The notes under the pieces were generated by a model that had not been told where the DNA came from, did not search any database, and worked only from the letters and a program-made list of their open reading frames with translations. From an uncultured delta proteobacterium (GTDB taxonomy: Bacteria; Myxococcota; Kuafuiibacteriia; Kuafuiibacteriales; Kuafuiibacteriaceae), in the NCBI GenBank assembly GCA_963803435.1, contig CAWDML010000009.1, forward strand, positions 320,001 to 384,000: a DNA stretch of 64,000 nt, read 5' to 3'. Below are positions 33,272-45,496 of this stretch, in pieces (the first letter of the stretch is position 1; every line of letters begins with the position of its first letter). Position numbers and translations under genes: made by a program.

Positions 33272-33276
33272 GGCCC

Positions 33277-34457
<1,181 letters not shown>

Positions 34458-34461
<4 letters not shown>

Positions 34462-35189
34462 CCCGATCGTTCCACGTCGCGCAGAAGGACGCGGTGGAAT
34501 GGCTGCGGATGATCGGCGATCAGTCGGTCGATCTGCTGGTGACGGATCCGCCCTACGAGTCGCTGGAGAAGCACCGGGCCATCGGCACCACCACGCGGCT
34601 GAAGAACGACTGGTTCCAGATCTTCCCCAACAGCCGCTTCCGGGAGCTCCTCCTGGAGGCGCACCGGGTGCTCAAGAAGAGCGCCCACCTCTATCTGTTC
34701 TGCGATCAGGAGACGATGTTCTTCGTGAAGCCGGTGGCCGAGGAGTGCGGCTTCAAGTTCTGGAAGCCGATCATCTGGCGCAAGGACACCATCGGGATGG
34801 GCTATCACTATCGATCGCTCTACGAGGTGATCCTGTTCCTGGAGAAGGGGAAGCGGAAGCTCAATGACCTGGGGATCCCGGACGTGCTGGACGCGCCGCG
34901 GGTGCGGAACGGGTACCCTGCGGAGAAGCCGCTGCAGCTGGGCAAACTCCTGGTCACGCAGAGCTCGTCGCCGGGGGAGGTGGTCGCGGATCCGTTCATG
35001 GGCTCGGGGACCTTCGGGGTCTCGGCCCTCGAGCAGGATCGGATCTTCTGGGGCACGGACATCTGCGGGGAGGCGGTGGGCATCACCACCGCGCGGCTCC
35101 TGGAGGTGGGCGGCGTCGCAGGGCAGCTCACCGGATCGCGGACGGGACCGGACGCCGTCGGCGGCCAGCTGAGCATCGGCCTCTACTGA
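34458..35189 (+). CDS. Orphan DNA methyltransferase (N4-C/N6-A, beta class)
   Basis: TDPPY before YPAEKP and DPFMGSG; GTGA overlap with recA. Confidence 0.9.
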
Positions 35190-35515
35190 CCGCGCACCGC
35201 CTGAATCAGCAGCGCGAGCGGTCCGACCCCGGCCTGACGCGCCACCACCAGCACGATCCCGCCGTGTCCTGCGATCAGGATCAGGAGCGCGACGCCCCCG
35301 CGGATCCACTTCGAGAGCGCCACCTCCGAGAGCGAGGTGTACGCGCGGACGCCGGCGTAGACCGGAAACAGCGAGGCGCTGAACCCGAGGCAGAGCCGGA
35401 AGAGCTGAGGGAGCTGGGCCAGCGCGCGGTTGACCGCGAGCAGGCTGGCGGCGGTGCCCGCCAGCGCGACCAACGCGCCGAAGAGCAGTCCGGGCGAGAG
35501 CACGCGGCGCGGCAT
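35183..35515 (-). CDS. Small membrane protein
   Basis: Three hydrophobic segments. Confidence 0.55.
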   Translation of the reverse strand: MPRRVLSPGLLFGALVALAGTAASLLAVNRALAQLPQLFRLCLGFSASLFPVYAGVRAYTSLSEVALSKWIRGGVALLILIAGHGGIVLVVARQAGVGPLALLIQAVRGQ

Positions 35516-35521
35516 GGGTCC

Positions 35522-37069
35522 TCAGAGCCGCCAATCGGTGAACGCGAAGATCGCCGGCGCCAGGCCGATGATCAGCCGTCCATTCGGATGCGCCTCGAGC
35601 GACGCGATGTGGGTGCCGTCCAGATCCTTGGGGAGGCAGATCCGCTCGACCGTCTCTCCGTCCGGGCTCATCCGGAACAGATCGGGCGACTCGGTGCCGA
35701 CCCAGACGCCGCCGTCGGGCGCGACGGTGACCGCGGTGAAGCGCTGAGGGCTCTCGGCGTCGACGCGCTCGTCGGCGAAGAGCGCCTCCTTCACCTGCGG
35801 GGGCTCGATCGCCTGGAGCCCGTCGCCGCCGGGCTGGAAGAGGAGGATCTGGGCCTTGCTCCCGGCGATCACGCCGAAGAGCCCGCGCTGATCCGCCCGG
35901 GCGAACGCCGCGAAGTTGGCGCAGAGCGGATCGCAGCCGGCGTTGAGCGCGGAGGAGAAGATCGGGTTCCAGGCGTCGGCGCCGCCGTGCCGGTAGACCG
36001 TGCCCGAGAGGTCGAACGCGAACAGATCGGCGCCGTCGCTCTCGAGGGCGCGGACGCCCAGCTTGGTACGGAAACGCCCGCGGAGGGTCCAGCTCCCGGG
36101 GCTGGCCGGCCGACACCAGATCCCGGCGCTCCGATCCGAGCCCTCGACCGAGCCGTAGGCACAGATCGAGGGGACGCCGTCGATCGTCAGGTGGCGCACG
36201 CCGTACAGGGCGCGGGGGAAGGCCTCGGCGATCGGCGGGGTGTCGTCCACCCAGCGGTTCTGGGCGGTGCTCCAGAAGGCGACGCCGCCGACCGAGCCGA
36301 AGCCGCCCTCCACGTTGAGCGTGAGCTCACCGGGCAGCACGCGGCCGCGGGCGGAGACCTCGGTGTCGCCGAGATCGAGCACGGTGGCCCGCTCGCCGCC
36401 CTGGACCGGCGCGGCCGTGCTGGTGAGGACGCCGAGGATCTCGGGGTCCTGATCGTTCGGCCCCAGGACGCCGATGATCGCGGTGCTGGTGGCCGAGAAG
36501 CCGATGACGGTCTCGCCGGTCGACAGCGTCCGCATCGTCGCCACCACCTCCGCCGGCGTTTGCGGCGTGTACACGGACACCGGCGAGACGGGATCCCGGC
36601 AGGGGTTCTGGATCGCGAAGCCGCCCAGCATCTGCTCCAGCCGCTCGACCCGATCGGCGAGGTACTCGGCCGGGACGCCGGCCTGTTCGACGGGCACCAG
36701 CCGGGCGGGGGCGCCGGGCGGGACCGGCTCCTCGAGGACGTGGGCCATGTGGAAGGCCGGGAGGGGGCGGGCCCGGGCGTCGGTGGCCGAGACGAACGCG
36801 AGCTGGTCCGGCGGGAGGGCGGTGGGAAAGTCCACGGGGTCGAGGCCCGCGAGCACCTCGTCGATGTTGCCGCCGCCGATCGGATCGGGGACCACGGCCT
36901 CGAGCTCGGCGGTGCGGGCCACGTGAACGCTGGAGGCGGCGACCCCGCGCCCCTCGGCGGCGGTCCCATACAGGACGAACTCGGTGGTCAGGGCGGGCGT
37001 CTCGATCCGGCTGTCCTCGCCGCCCGCGCAGGCGCTGACCAGGATCAGGGCGAGGGCGGACAATCGCAT
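35522..37069 (-). CDS. Lipoprotein, possible beta-propeller
   Basis: VSAC lipobox; PDGGVWVGT-type blades. Confidence 0.7.
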   Translation of the reverse strand: MRLSALALILVSACAGGEDSRIETPALTTEFVLYGTAAEGRGVAASSVHVARTAELEAVVPDPIGGGNIDEVLAGLDPVDFPTALPPDQLAFVSATDARARPLPAFHMAHVLEEPVPPGAPARLVPVEQAGVPAEYLADRVERLEQMLGGFAIQNPCRDPVSPVSVYTPQTPAEVVATMRTLSTGETVIGFSATSTAIIGVLGPNDQDPEILGVLTSTAAPVQGGERATVLDLGDTEVSARGRVLPGELTLNVEGGFGSVGGVAFWSTAQNRWVDDTPPIAEAFPRALYGVRHLTIDGVPSICAYGSVEGSDRSAGIWCRPASPGSWTLRGRFRTKLGVRALESDGADLFAFDLSGTVYRHGGADAWNPIFSSALNAGCDPLCANFAAFARADQRGLFGVIAGSKAQILLFQPGGDGLQAIEPPQVKEALFADERVDAESPQRFTAVTVAPDGGVWVGTESPDLFRMSPDGETVERICLPKDLDGTHIASLEAHPNGRLIIGLAPAIFAFTDWRL

Positions 37070-37089
37070 GGGATCGAGGATAACCGACC

Positions 37090-37129
37090 AAAGAGAAACG
37101 GGAGACGCGAAGGCTCTCCGCGTCTCCCG
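37090..37129 (-). terminator. Intrinsic terminator
   Basis: Perfect 11-bp stem CGGGAGACGCG/CGCGTCTCCCG followed by TTTCTCTTT on the minus strand. Confidence 0.75.
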
Positions 37130-37204
37130 CTTTCCCCGACAGGTCGGCGCACGGACCTGGGACGGGACTTGGGGTTTTCAAATGTTTTGCGCGCCGACCG
37201 TCGA
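37090..37204 (-). ncRNA. Candidate sigma54-dependent small RNA or attenuator leader
   Basis: Promoter, long stem-loop and terminator in register; no ATG-initiated ORF inside. Confidence 0.5.
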
Positions 37205-37214
37205 GACCTAGAAG

Positions 37215-37231
37215 AGCACGTTGCATACCAA
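37215..37231 (-). promoter_or_regulatory. sigma54 (-24/-12) promoter
   Basis: TTGGTATGCAACGTGCT with exact GG-N10-GC spacing. Confidence 0.6.
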
Positions 37232-37422
37232 CCGGAGGCCCGATCGAGGCCCATTGATTTCGAGCCCTTAGCCGCGCCGTTCGGCTTCGCACGCGCGGGA
37301 CCGGGCGCTCGTCGATCAGACGCTAACGTCCGCGTCGTAACGCCGTCGTTCGCCCGAGCGCCGGAGCACCGATGCCCGGAAAGAGGTGGAAACTTTACGG
37401 CTCGCCCACTACCGTCCCCGCC

Positions 37423-38979
37423 GTGAGCGCCGAGTCAGCGGACAACGCCGCGACGTTGAGGGTCCTCCTCGAGAAGGCCCAGGAGGGCGGGGGACCGTCC
37501 AAGATCGAGAAGCAGCACGGGCAGGGCAAGCTCACCGCCCGGGAGCGGATCGATCTGCTCCTCGATCCCGGCACGTTCCTCGAGATGGACGCGCTCCGCA
37601 CCCACCGCTGCCTCGACTTCGGGATGGAGGACAAGAAGATCCCCGGCGACGGCGTGGTCACGGGACACGGCAACATCGACGGCCGGCAGGTGTTCGTCTT
37701 CGCTCAGGACTTCACGGTCTTCGGCGGGTCGCTCTCGGAGGCCTACGCCCAGAAGATCTGCAAGGTCATGGACTTGGCCATGCGCGTGGGGGCGCCCGTG
37801 ATCGGCCTGAACGACTCGGGCGGCGCCCGCATCCAGGAGGGCGTGGTCTCGCTGGCCGGCTACGCGGACATCTTCCTCCGGAACACGCTGGCCTCGGGCG
37901 TGGTCCCGCAGATCAGCGCGATCCTCGGCCCGTGCGCCGGCGGCGCCGTGTACTCGCCGGCGATCACCGACTTCATCGTGATGACGAAGGAGACGAGCTT
38001 CATGTTCGTCACCGGCCCCGACGTGATCAAGACCGTCACCCACGAGGACGTCACCAAGGCCGAGCTCGGCGGCGCCGTCGCGCATAACCGAAAGAGCGGG
38101 GTCGCGCACTTCGCCGCGGACGACGAGCCGTCGGCGATGAACACGATCCGGGAGCTCCTCTCGTTCCTTCCCCAGAACAACGCCGAGGATCCGCCGCGCA
38201 TCGCGAACGACGACGATCCGAACCGTCGCGAGCCGGCGCTCGACACCCTGGTCCCGCCCCAGCCCGAGCGGCCGTACGACATCCGCGACGTCATCCGGGC
38301 CGCCATGGACGAGAAGTACTTCTTCGAGGTCCAGCGCGACTTCGCCGAGAACATCGTCATCGGCTTCGCGCGGCTCAACGGACGGTCGGTCGGGGTCGTC
38401 GGCAACAATCCGCTGGGCCTGGCCGGTGTCCTCGACATCAACGCCTCCACCAAGGCCGCCCGCTTCGTTCGCTTCTGCGACTGCTTCAACGTCCCGCTGA
38501 TCACCTTCGTGGACGTGCCCGGGTTCCTGCCGGGCAAGGATCAGGAGCACGGCGGGATCATCCGCCATGGCGCCAAGCTCCTGTTCGCCTACGCGGAGGC
38601 GACGGTCCCCAAGATCACGGTCATCACGCGCAAAGCCTACGGCGGCGCCTACGATGTCATGGCGTCCAAGCACATCCGCGCCGATCTCAACTTCGCGTTT
38701 CCGACCGCCGAGATCGCGGTCATGGGACCCGAGGGCGCGGTCAACATCATCTTCCGCGACGAGATCGCCAAGGCGGCGGATCCGGTGAAGCGCAAGGCCG
38801 AGCTGGTCGCCGACTATCGGGCCAAGTTCGCGAACCCCTTCAAGGCGGCCGAGCTCGGCTACATCGACGAGGTCATCTACCCGCGCGATCTTCGCCCCAA
38901 GCTGATCCGGGGGCTGGAGATGCTCAAGAACAAGCGGCAGACGAACCCGCCGAAGAAGCACGGCAACATCCCGCTGTGA
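37423..38979 (+). CDS. pccB: Acyl-CoA (propionyl-CoA) carboxylase carboxyltransferase subunit
   Basis: [35 protein letters not shown]. Confidence 0.93.
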   Translation: MSAESADNAATLRVLLEKAQEGGGPSKIEKQHGQGKLTARERIDLLLDPGTFLEMDALRTHRCLDFGMEDKKIPGDGVVTGHGNIDGRQVFVFAQDFTVFGGSLSEAYAQKICKVMDLAMRVGAPVIGLNDSGGARIQEGVVSLAGYADIFLRNTLASGVVPQISAILGPCAGGAVYSPAITDFIVMTKETSFMFVTGPDVIKTVTHEDVTKAELGGAVAHNRKSGVAHFAADDEPSAMNTIRELLSFLPQNNAEDPPRIANDDDPNRREPALDTLVPPQPERPYDIRDVIRAAMDEKYFFEVQRDFAENIVIGFARLNGRSVGVVGNNPLGLAGVLDINASTKAARFVRFCDCFNVPLITFVDVPGFLPGKDQEHGGIIRHGAKLLFAYAEATVPKITVITRKAYGGAYDVMASKHIRADLNFAFPTAEIAVMGPEGAVNIIFRDEIAKAADPVKRKAELVADYRAKFANPFKAAELGYIDEVIYPRDLRPKLIRGLEMLKNKRQTNPPKKHGNIPL

Positions 38980-38994
38980 TACATATTTGAAGCC

Positions 38995-40186
38995 TTGGTC
39001 GACCGACCCAAACGCAGGATCGCCTGGGGAACCGTCGGCTTCTCGGTCGTACTCCTCGGGGGCGGCCTCCTGTATCTGGTCCGGCCGGACCCGCCCATCG
39101 ACGTCGAGACCGTGCGCCTCGAGAAGGGGCCGGTCCGCGAGGTGGTCCCGTCGGCGGCCTCGGGCGAGGTGATCCCGGCGCGCCGCGTGACGGTGAGGGC
39201 GGAGATGGCCGGCACCGTCGAGAAGGTGGAGAAGCACGCCGGCGATCGGCTGAAGGCCGGCGACCTGGTGGTCTCCTTCGCCTCGGCGGAGATGGACGCC
39301 CGCCTGGCGCAGGCGCGCGCGAACCTCGACGCGACCCTGGTGACGGTCCAGATCGCGCGGACCCGCCTGGCCTCCATCGCGAAGGCACACGAGCGCGCGG
39401 TCAAGCTGGCGGCCCGCGGCGCGATCTCGGAGGTCGAGCTGGAGAAGAGCGAGACCGAGAGGACCGCCGCCGAGCAGTCAGTGGCGCAGGCGCAAGCCGC
39501 CGAGAAGCAGGCGAGGGCGGCGCTCGAGCTGGCGCGCGTGGCGCAGGATCGCACCCGCGTGACCGCGCCCTTCGACGGCGTGCTCCAGGACGTCTTCGCC
39601 GAGCTCGGCGTGCAGACCACGCCGGGCGCCGCGCTCTTCGATCTGATCGACGACAGCTCGGTGCGGGTCGAGGTCCCGGTCGACGAGGCCGACATCGATC
39701 GCATCGCGATGGGGCAGATCGTCTTCCTGCGCACCGGCGCCAACCGCGACACCGAGTATCGCGGCAAGGTGGTGCAGATCCCGCCGGCGGTGGGCCGGTC
39801 GTCGGGCGCCGCCATGCCAAGCCCGCTCCAGGAGCGCGAGCGCGCGTTCTACGTCGACGTGGCGCCCGAGGATCGGAGCCGCTTCTTCGTGGGCGCCAGC
39901 GTCGCCGCCGAGTTCCTGGTGAGCGAGCGCGACGACGTGCTCTTCGTGCCCACGCACCTGGTGGTGGGGACCGGCCTCGAGCGCGCGGTGTTCCGGGTGG
40001 AGAAGGGCAAGGCGAGGAAGGCCGAGTTCAAGCCCGGCCTCACCAGCTGGGACCGGACCGAGGTGCTCTTTGGGCTGGCGGCCGGCGATCGAGATCGTCA
40101 GCAGCCTCAACAAGCGCGGCCTCGAGGACGGTGTCCGGGTGAAGGTGAGCTCGAAGGAGGATGACGCGCGTGCGGCCGTCCACTGA
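38995..40186 (+). CDS. Periplasmic adaptor (MacA-like membrane fusion protein; apparent frameshift ~40091)
   Basis: N-terminal TM, coiled hairpin, APFDG. Confidence 0.85.
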
Positions 40187-40883
40187 GGAGCCCGTCATCC
40201 ACCTCGAGGACGCGACCCGCACCTACGCCCTGGGCGCCGAGCCCGTCCACGCCCTGAGAGGCGTCGACCTCGAAATCGCGCCGGGCGAGCTGGTCGCGAT
40301 CATCGGGCCCTCCGGCTCGGGCAAGTCGACGCTGATGAACGTGATCGGCTGCCTCGATACGCCGACCTCCGGCCGCTACCGGCTCGACGGCGTCGACGTG
40401 AAGGCGCTCGACGACAGCGCGCTCGCGGATCTGCGGAACAAGAAGATCGGCTTCGTGTTCCAGAGCTTCAACCTGCTGCCCCGTCAGATCGCGCTGGAGA
40501 ACGTGGCGCTGCCGCTGCGGTACGGCGGCTACAGCTTCCGCGAGCGGCGCGAAGCCAGCCGGCGGGCGCTCGAGCGCGTCGATCTCCTCGATCGCGTGGA
40601 CCACCGTCCCGAGCAGCTCTCCGGCGGACAGAAGCAGCGCGTCGCCATTGCGCGCGCGCTGGTGACGAACCCGGCGATCATCCTCGCCGACGAGCCCACC
40701 GGCTCGCTCGATCAGAAGACCGGGCGCGACATCCTCGAGCTGTTCCGGCGGCTGAACGAGGAGGAGCAGGTGACCGTGGTGATCGTGACGCACGATCCGC
40801 AGATCGCGGCCGCTACCCGGCGCATCATCACCATCGTCGACGGTCGCATCGTCAAGGACGAGCCGAACGAGCCGGGCGCATGA
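40161..40883 (+). CDS. ABC ATP-binding protein (MacB/LolD-like)
   Basis: [30 protein letters not shown]. Confidence 0.93.
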   Translation: MTRVRPSTEEPVIHLEDATRTYALGAEPVHALRGVDLEIAPGELVAIIGPSGSGKSTLMNVIGCLDTPTSGRYRLDGVDVKALDDSALADLRNKKIGFVFQSFNLLPRQIALENVALPLRYGGYSFRERREASRRALERVDLLDRVDHRPEQLSGGQKQRVAIARALVTNPAIILADEPTGSLDQKTGRDILELFRRLNEEEQVTVVIVTHDPQIAAATRRIITIVDGRIVKDEPNEPGA

Positions 40884-42085
40884 ACCTGCTGGAGCACCTC
40901 GCGATCGCGCTCGACTCGATCCGGGCCAGCAAGGCCCGAACCTTCCTCACCACGCTCGGGGTGCTGATCGGCGTCTTCTCCGTGATCCTGCTGGTCGGGA
41001 TGGGCGACGCGGTGCGGAGCTATGTCCTCGACACCTTCGCCGGCGTCGGCTCCAACCTGCTGCAGATCAACCCGGGCCGGCAGACCACCAAGGGCATCCG
41101 GCCCAGCAAGATGCAGATCAAGAACAAGCTGACGCTCGCCGACGCCGACGCCCTGGAGAAGCGCGGCTTCGCGCTGGATGGTGTCTCCGCCATCGTGATC
41201 GGCAGCGGCGAGCTCAGGAGCTCGGACCTCCGCCGCAGCGTCATGGTGCTCGGCGTCAGCCAGGACTATCCGAGCCTCCGCAACATGCAGATCGACCGGG
41301 GCCGCTTTGTCGACCCGGAGGACGTCGAGCACCACCGCCGCTCGCTGGTGCTGGGACAGACCGTGGTCAAGGAGCTGTTCGGCGAGGGCGCCAATCCGCT
41401 CGGCGACACGATCTACGTCTCGGGCGCGCCCTTCCGCATCGTCGGGATCACCGCGCCCAAGGGGAAGACGTTCGGCTTCGACATGGACGACATCGCGTTC
41501 ATGTCGGTGACCGCGGCGCAGGACCTCTTCAACGTCGAGACCGTGAGTCACATCCTGGCGCGCGCCAAGGATCGCAAGACGGTTGAGCCGGCGATGGAGC
41601 AGATCCGGACGGTGCTCACGGCCCGGCGCGGCGACGAGGACTTCACCGTCTTCAGCCAGGACGACATGATGGAGATGGTCAACGACATCATGGGGACGCT
41701 GACGTTCTTCCTGGGCGCGATCGCGTCGATCTCGCTCTTGGTCGGCGGCATCGGGATCATGAACATCATGCTGGTCTCGGTGAAGGAGCGGACGCGCGAG
41801 ATCGGGATCCGACGCGCGGTCGGCGCCCGCTGGATGGACATCATGGTGCAGTTCCTGGTGGAGGCGGTGGTGGTCTCGCTGCTCGGCGGCGTCACCGGGA
41901 TCCTCCTCGGGTTCGTGGTCATCCGGATCGTGGCGCACTTTCAGCCCGAGCTGCCGGTGGAGCTGTCGGGATGGAACGTGGCGATGGCGCTGGGCTTCTC
42001 GGTGGTGGTCGGCATACTCTCCGGTGTGTTCCCGGCGGTGCGGGCCGCGGATCTCGATCCGGTCGAGGCTCTCCGCTACGAGTGA
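40880..42085 (+). CDS. ABC permease (MacB/FtsX family)
   Basis: VGGIGIMNIMLVSVKERTREIGIR..ALRYE. Confidence 0.93.
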   Translation: MNLLEHLAIALDSIRASKARTFLTTLGVLIGVFSVILLVGMGDAVRSYVLDTFAGVGSNLLQINPGRQTTKGIRPSKMQIKNKLTLADADALEKRGFALDGVSAIVIGSGELRSSDLRRSVMVLGVSQDYPSLRNMQIDRGRFVDPEDVEHHRRSLVLGQTVVKELFGEGANPLGDTIYVSGAPFRIVGITAPKGKTFGFDMDDIAFMSVTAAQDLFNVETVSHILARAKDRKTVEPAMEQIRTVLTARRGDEDFTVFSQDDMMEMVNDIMGTLTFFLGAIASISLLVGGIGIMNIMLVSVKERTREIGIRRAVGARWMDIMVQFLVEAVVVSLLGGVTGILLGFVVIRIVAHFQPELPVELSGWNVAMALGFSVVVGILSGVFPAVRAADLDPVEALRYE

Positions 42086-42823
42086 TCACTCGGCGCGGAC
42101 GACCCGCGCGTCGCTGCGGGCGCGTCCGGGCGCGGCCCGACAGAGGAACACGTCGCCGAGGACGCCGGTCATGGTCAGCGAGAAGCTGCCGTCGTCGCGG
42201 GCCACGATGATCATGAAGTCGGGATCGGCCCGCGCCACCGTGAAGCGCAGGATCTCCACGCCCACCGACGGCATGGTCGCGCCCGGGTCGCCCGCGATCT
42301 CGACGGTACCGTCCTCTTGAACGATCGCGTGGACCTTGGTGTCGTCCACCGGGTCGGGACGGCCCTCGTAGCGGGCGACGGCGAGGAACTGGCCCTGACG
42401 CACCTCCGGGTCCATCTCGGCCCGCAGGAAGCCGGTCAGGTGGTCGCCCACGCCATCGTCCTTCGGATAGCCGTCGTCGACCACGCCGGCGATCGAGATC
42501 GACTCGGTCCGGGTGGAGGTGAGCGCGCCGGTGGTGAGGTCGAACTGGAGCTGCGCCGTCTCGGCGTCGTACGTGCCGGCCAGCGGGATGGGGGTGGCGC
42601 CGATCCCGCGACGGGCCACCTCCCCGGCGGCCCGCCCGCCCGAGTCGCGCAGCCCCCGAAAGGTGGCGCCGAAGGTGTCGAGCGCGGTCGGGGTCAGGCC
42701 GTCGAAGTAGACGCGCACCACGCCGACGGCGTCGTATTCGGTGGCGAGCGCCAGGGGGCCGGTCGTCCCGCTCGGACCCCCGCAGGCGGACAGACCCGCC
42801 ACCAGGAGCACGAGCCCTCTCAT
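42086..42823 (-). CDS. Hypothetical lipoprotein
   Basis: MRGLVLLVAGLSAC lipobox; coupled to upstream gene. Confidence 0.65.
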   Translation of the reverse strand: MRGLVLLVAGLSACGGPSGTTGPLALATEYDAVGVVRVYFDGLTPTALDTFGATFRGLRDSGGRAAGEVARRGIGATPIPLAGTYDAETAQLQFDLTTGALTSTRTESISIAGVVDDGYPKDDGVGDHLTGFLRAEMDPEVRQGQFLAVARYEGRPDPVDDTKVHAIVQEDGTVEIAGDPGATMPSVGVEILRFTVARADPDFMIIVARDDGSFSLTMTGVLGDVFLCRAAPGRARSDARVVRAE

Positions 42824-43632
42824 GGGCTGCAGAACATGAAGGCGGGATCGGGCACCGTACCGGTGCAGCTGGCGGGCGCCGTGCAGTCGCCGTCGTTCAT
42901 GCAGTACTCCCGGCACGCCGTCGCCTGGGTGGCGTTGTCGATGATGCACGCGAGACCGCGCCCGCACGCCGTCCCCGGTCCGCACGGATCGCCGATGCCC
43001 GCGGCGCCGGCGATGCGACAGCGGAACTCCCAGGTCCCGGTCCGGCGCAGGAAGGGCTGGCAGGCCTCCGCTGCGACGCACGGCGCCTGGGTATAGGGAT
43101 CGCACAGCGGCGGCAGCATCGTGCAGGCGCCCCAGTTCGACTGCGTGACCATGGTCCGGCACTCGTACTCGGTGCCGAGGGGCTCGCACCCAACGTTCGT
43201 CGTGCGATTACAGGCGCGCCGGCAGTGGGCGGTCGTAGCCGTGGTGGCGTCGCGCAGGCAGACCAGACCCGCCTCGCAGTCCTGACCCGTGCAGCTGTCG
43301 CCGAAGGTCTTGTCGTTGGGAGACGGCGGGACGCACTCGGTGCCCGGATTGCCGCCCTCGATCACGCACTTCGTGTCGGGGTCGTTGTTGCACCCGGTCT
43401 GGTCCACCGGATCGCAGACATCGATGATCGTGACGCCGGTGTCCGGCGCATTGCCTGCGTCCCCTCCGACGCCGGTGTCCCCGGTGGCCGCGTCCGCCCC
43501 GGTCCCGGCGTCGTCGCCGCCCATGCCGCTGTCCGAGCCGGTACCGGTGTCGCCGTTGAGGGACGGCGGCGGTGCGGTGTTGCATGCGACCAAGGCGGCG
43601 TACAGGAGCAACCCGAGCGTGATGCGTCCCAT
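42820..43632 (-). CDS. Cys-rich lipoprotein
   Basis: LVAC lipobox, D/G/T-rich linker, two CDP..Q..C repeats; GGAGG RBS. Confidence 0.72.
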   Translation of the reverse strand: MGRITLGLLLYAALVACNTAPPPSLNGDTGTGSDSGMGGDDAGTGADAATGDTGVGGDAGNAPDTGVTIIDVCDPVDQTGCNNDPDTKCVIEGGNPGTECVPPSPNDKTFGDSCTGQDCEAGLVCLRDATTATTAHCRRACNRTTNVGCEPLGTEYECRTMVTQSNWGACTMLPPLCDPYTQAPCVAAEACQPFLRRTGTWEFRCRIAGAAGIGDPCGPGTACGRGLACIIDNATQATACREYCMNDGDCTAPASCTGTVPDPAFMFCSP

Positions 43633-43816
43633 CCCCTCCTCTATACAGAGGGGCGACGTTTCGGGCGAGAATGTCGGGCAAGCGAACAGCCAGCGGCGTC
43701 GGGTGCGAGGCCCGCGGGTCGCATACGGGCAAACAAGGGGTGAACCAGTGGTCAGAGGGCGATCACTCGGTCCGGGGAATTCGACGGGCTGAGGGCCTCC
43801 GGCGTACAGTGGCGGG

Positions 43817-44602
43817 ATGGACGCCCTGGCCGCCTTGATCGTCGAATACGGCGATCGCGTCCCCCTCGATCGCGCCATGCTGGCGATCGCGGAGGAGGAG
43901 TATCCGGACCTCGATCCGGTGGCCTACCTGGGGCTCCTCGACGAGTGGGCCGACCGCGCCCGCACGATGAAGGTCCAGCCCCGGCTCGCCCTGCGGCGGG
44001 TCGTGTTCGACCTCGAAGGGTTCAAGGGTAACGAGGCCCACTACTACGATCCCGAGAACAGTCTGCTCAACCGTGTGATGGACCGGCGCATCGGCATCCC
44101 GATCACCATCGCGATCATCTACCTGGAGGTGGCGCGGCGGCTCGCCGAGCCTGCGGTCGGGGTCGGCTTCCCGGGGCACTTCCTGGTGCGCCACGACGAT
44201 GTGCTGCTCGACCCCTTCTCCGGCGGTCGGGTGGTCACGCGCCGCGACTGCGAGGCGATGCTGGAGCGGGTGGCCAGCAAGCGGGTGGCGATCGAGCCCT
44301 GGATGCTGTCCTCGGTGTCGCCGCCGGCGATCCTCGCCCGGGTGCTCACAAACCTGAAGAATGCCTACCTGATGAAGCGCGACCTGATCATGGCGGCCAA
44401 GTCGATCGATCGCCTGCTGATGGTGGACGCGAGCCGCACCACCGAGATCCGCGATCGCGGCCTCATCTACGCCGAGCTGGGCCTCCCCAACGCGGCCGTG
44501 GCGGATCTGACGCGCTACCTCGAGCTCTCGCACGCGCGGGACAAGAGCGTCATCGAGAACCTGATCCCCGGGCTGAAGGACCAAGCCTCCAAGATGAACT
44601 GA
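43817..44602 (+). CDS. SirB1-family (transglutaminase-like + TPR) protein
   Basis: YYDPENS, GIPIT, FPGHFL, RDRGL. Confidence 0.9.
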   Translation: MDALAALIVEYGDRVPLDRAMLAIAEEEYPDLDPVAYLGLLDEWADRARTMKVQPRLALRRVVFDLEGFKGNEAHYYDPENSLLNRVMDRRIGIPITIAIIYLEVARRLAEPAVGVGFPGHFLVRHDDVLLDPFSGGRVVTRRDCEAMLERVASKRVAIEPWMLSSVSPPAILARVLTNLKNAYLMKRDLIMAAKSIDRLLMVDASRTTEIRDRGLIYAELGLPNAAVADLTRYLELSHARDKSVIENLIPGLKDQASKMN

Positions 44603-44604
44603 GG

Positions 44605-44934
44605 ATGGTGCGCGTTCTCCTCGGTGAAGCGGCCCACGAAGAGGCCGTGCGGGTCGTCTGGTATCCGGCCGGACGACCGCCCAAGAAGAGCTTCCTGGTG
44701 GTCCGATCGCGGGACGGCCTGCGCGTATACTGGAACGTCTGCCGTCACCTCCCGATCCCTCTGGACGCGGGGACCGGCGCGCTGGCGGGCGGGGATGATC
44801 TGGTCTGTCTCACGCACGGCGCGCGTTATCGCGCGAGCGACGGCTGCTGCATCGAGGGTCCCTGCGAAGGGGACGCGCTCGAGCCGGTCGAGTTCGAGGT
44901 GGTGGGCGGGCGGATCTTTGCGCTGGTGTCGTGA
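44605..44934 (+). CDS. Rieske [2Fe-2S] ferredoxin
   Basis: CRH ... CLTH ... GPC. Confidence 0.88.
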   Translation: MVRVLLGEAAHEEAVRVVWYPAGRPPKKSFLVVRSRDGLRVYWNVCRHLPIPLDAGTGALAGGDDLVCLTHGARYRASDGCCIEGPCEGDALEPVEFEVVGGRIFALVS

Positions 44935-44937
44935 GGC

Positions 44938-45465
44938 TCAGTTGGGATCCGAGATGCCGGAGCTGCCCCGGCCGCCCATGTCGAACTCGGTGTCCTCCTC
45001 CTCGGTCTCCTCCTCCGCAAAGTTGGAGCTGTGGTGAAGCACGATCTGCCAGTCATCCTCGATCTTCTCGAAGATGTTGGTGGTGACCACCGACGCTTGA
45101 AAGTTGTCGCCATCGTCCGTGGTCACGTCCACGAAGGCGACCAGGTTGACCCAGGCTGTGCGCCCCGAAACCTCGACGTGGATGTCTTCGAGCGCAAAAT
45201 CGATCAGCTCGACGGTCTTGAAGATCTCGGTCCAGCTCTGCCGGATGTCGGTCCATCCCACCACGAGCTCCCAACCGGGGTGCACGCATCGCGCGTACGG
45301 TGACTTCGACCAAACGTTGGACATGCGGTCGAGATCGCGGGCGCTGAACGCCTCGTAGAACTCCAGGTTCTTCTCCTCGACCCGTTCGAGCTCTTTCGTC
45401 AGGGCTTGCGGCTCCTTCTCCTCGTCGGGACTGATGTAGGCCAGAACGTCCCGCTGCTTGCTCAT
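44938..45465 (-). CDS. SnoaL/NTF2-like domain protein
   Basis: FYEAF..CVHPGW..TNIF..WQIVLHHSS. Confidence 0.85.
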   Translation of the reverse strand: MSKQRDVLAYISPDEEKEPQALTKELERVEEKNLEFYEAFSARDLDRMSNVWSKSPYARCVHPGWELVVGWTDIRQSWTEIFKTVELIDFALEDIHVEVSGRTAWVNLVAFVDVTTDDGDNFQASVVTTNIFEKIEDDWQIVLHHSSNFAEEETEEEDTEFDMGGRGSSGISDPN

Positions 45466-45496
45466 CGCTACACTCCAAGTTACCACAGGACCGGCC

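Noticed and set aside
35264-37426. Long antisense or alternative-frame ORFs (this one and many others in the track)
   Set aside because: Shadow ORFs expected at ~70% GC; Arg/Pro/Gly-rich with no motifs
43690-43800. c-di-GMP-I riboswitch suggested by GGGCAAAC
   Set aside because: The GNRA-capped stem and GACGCAAA element are not present
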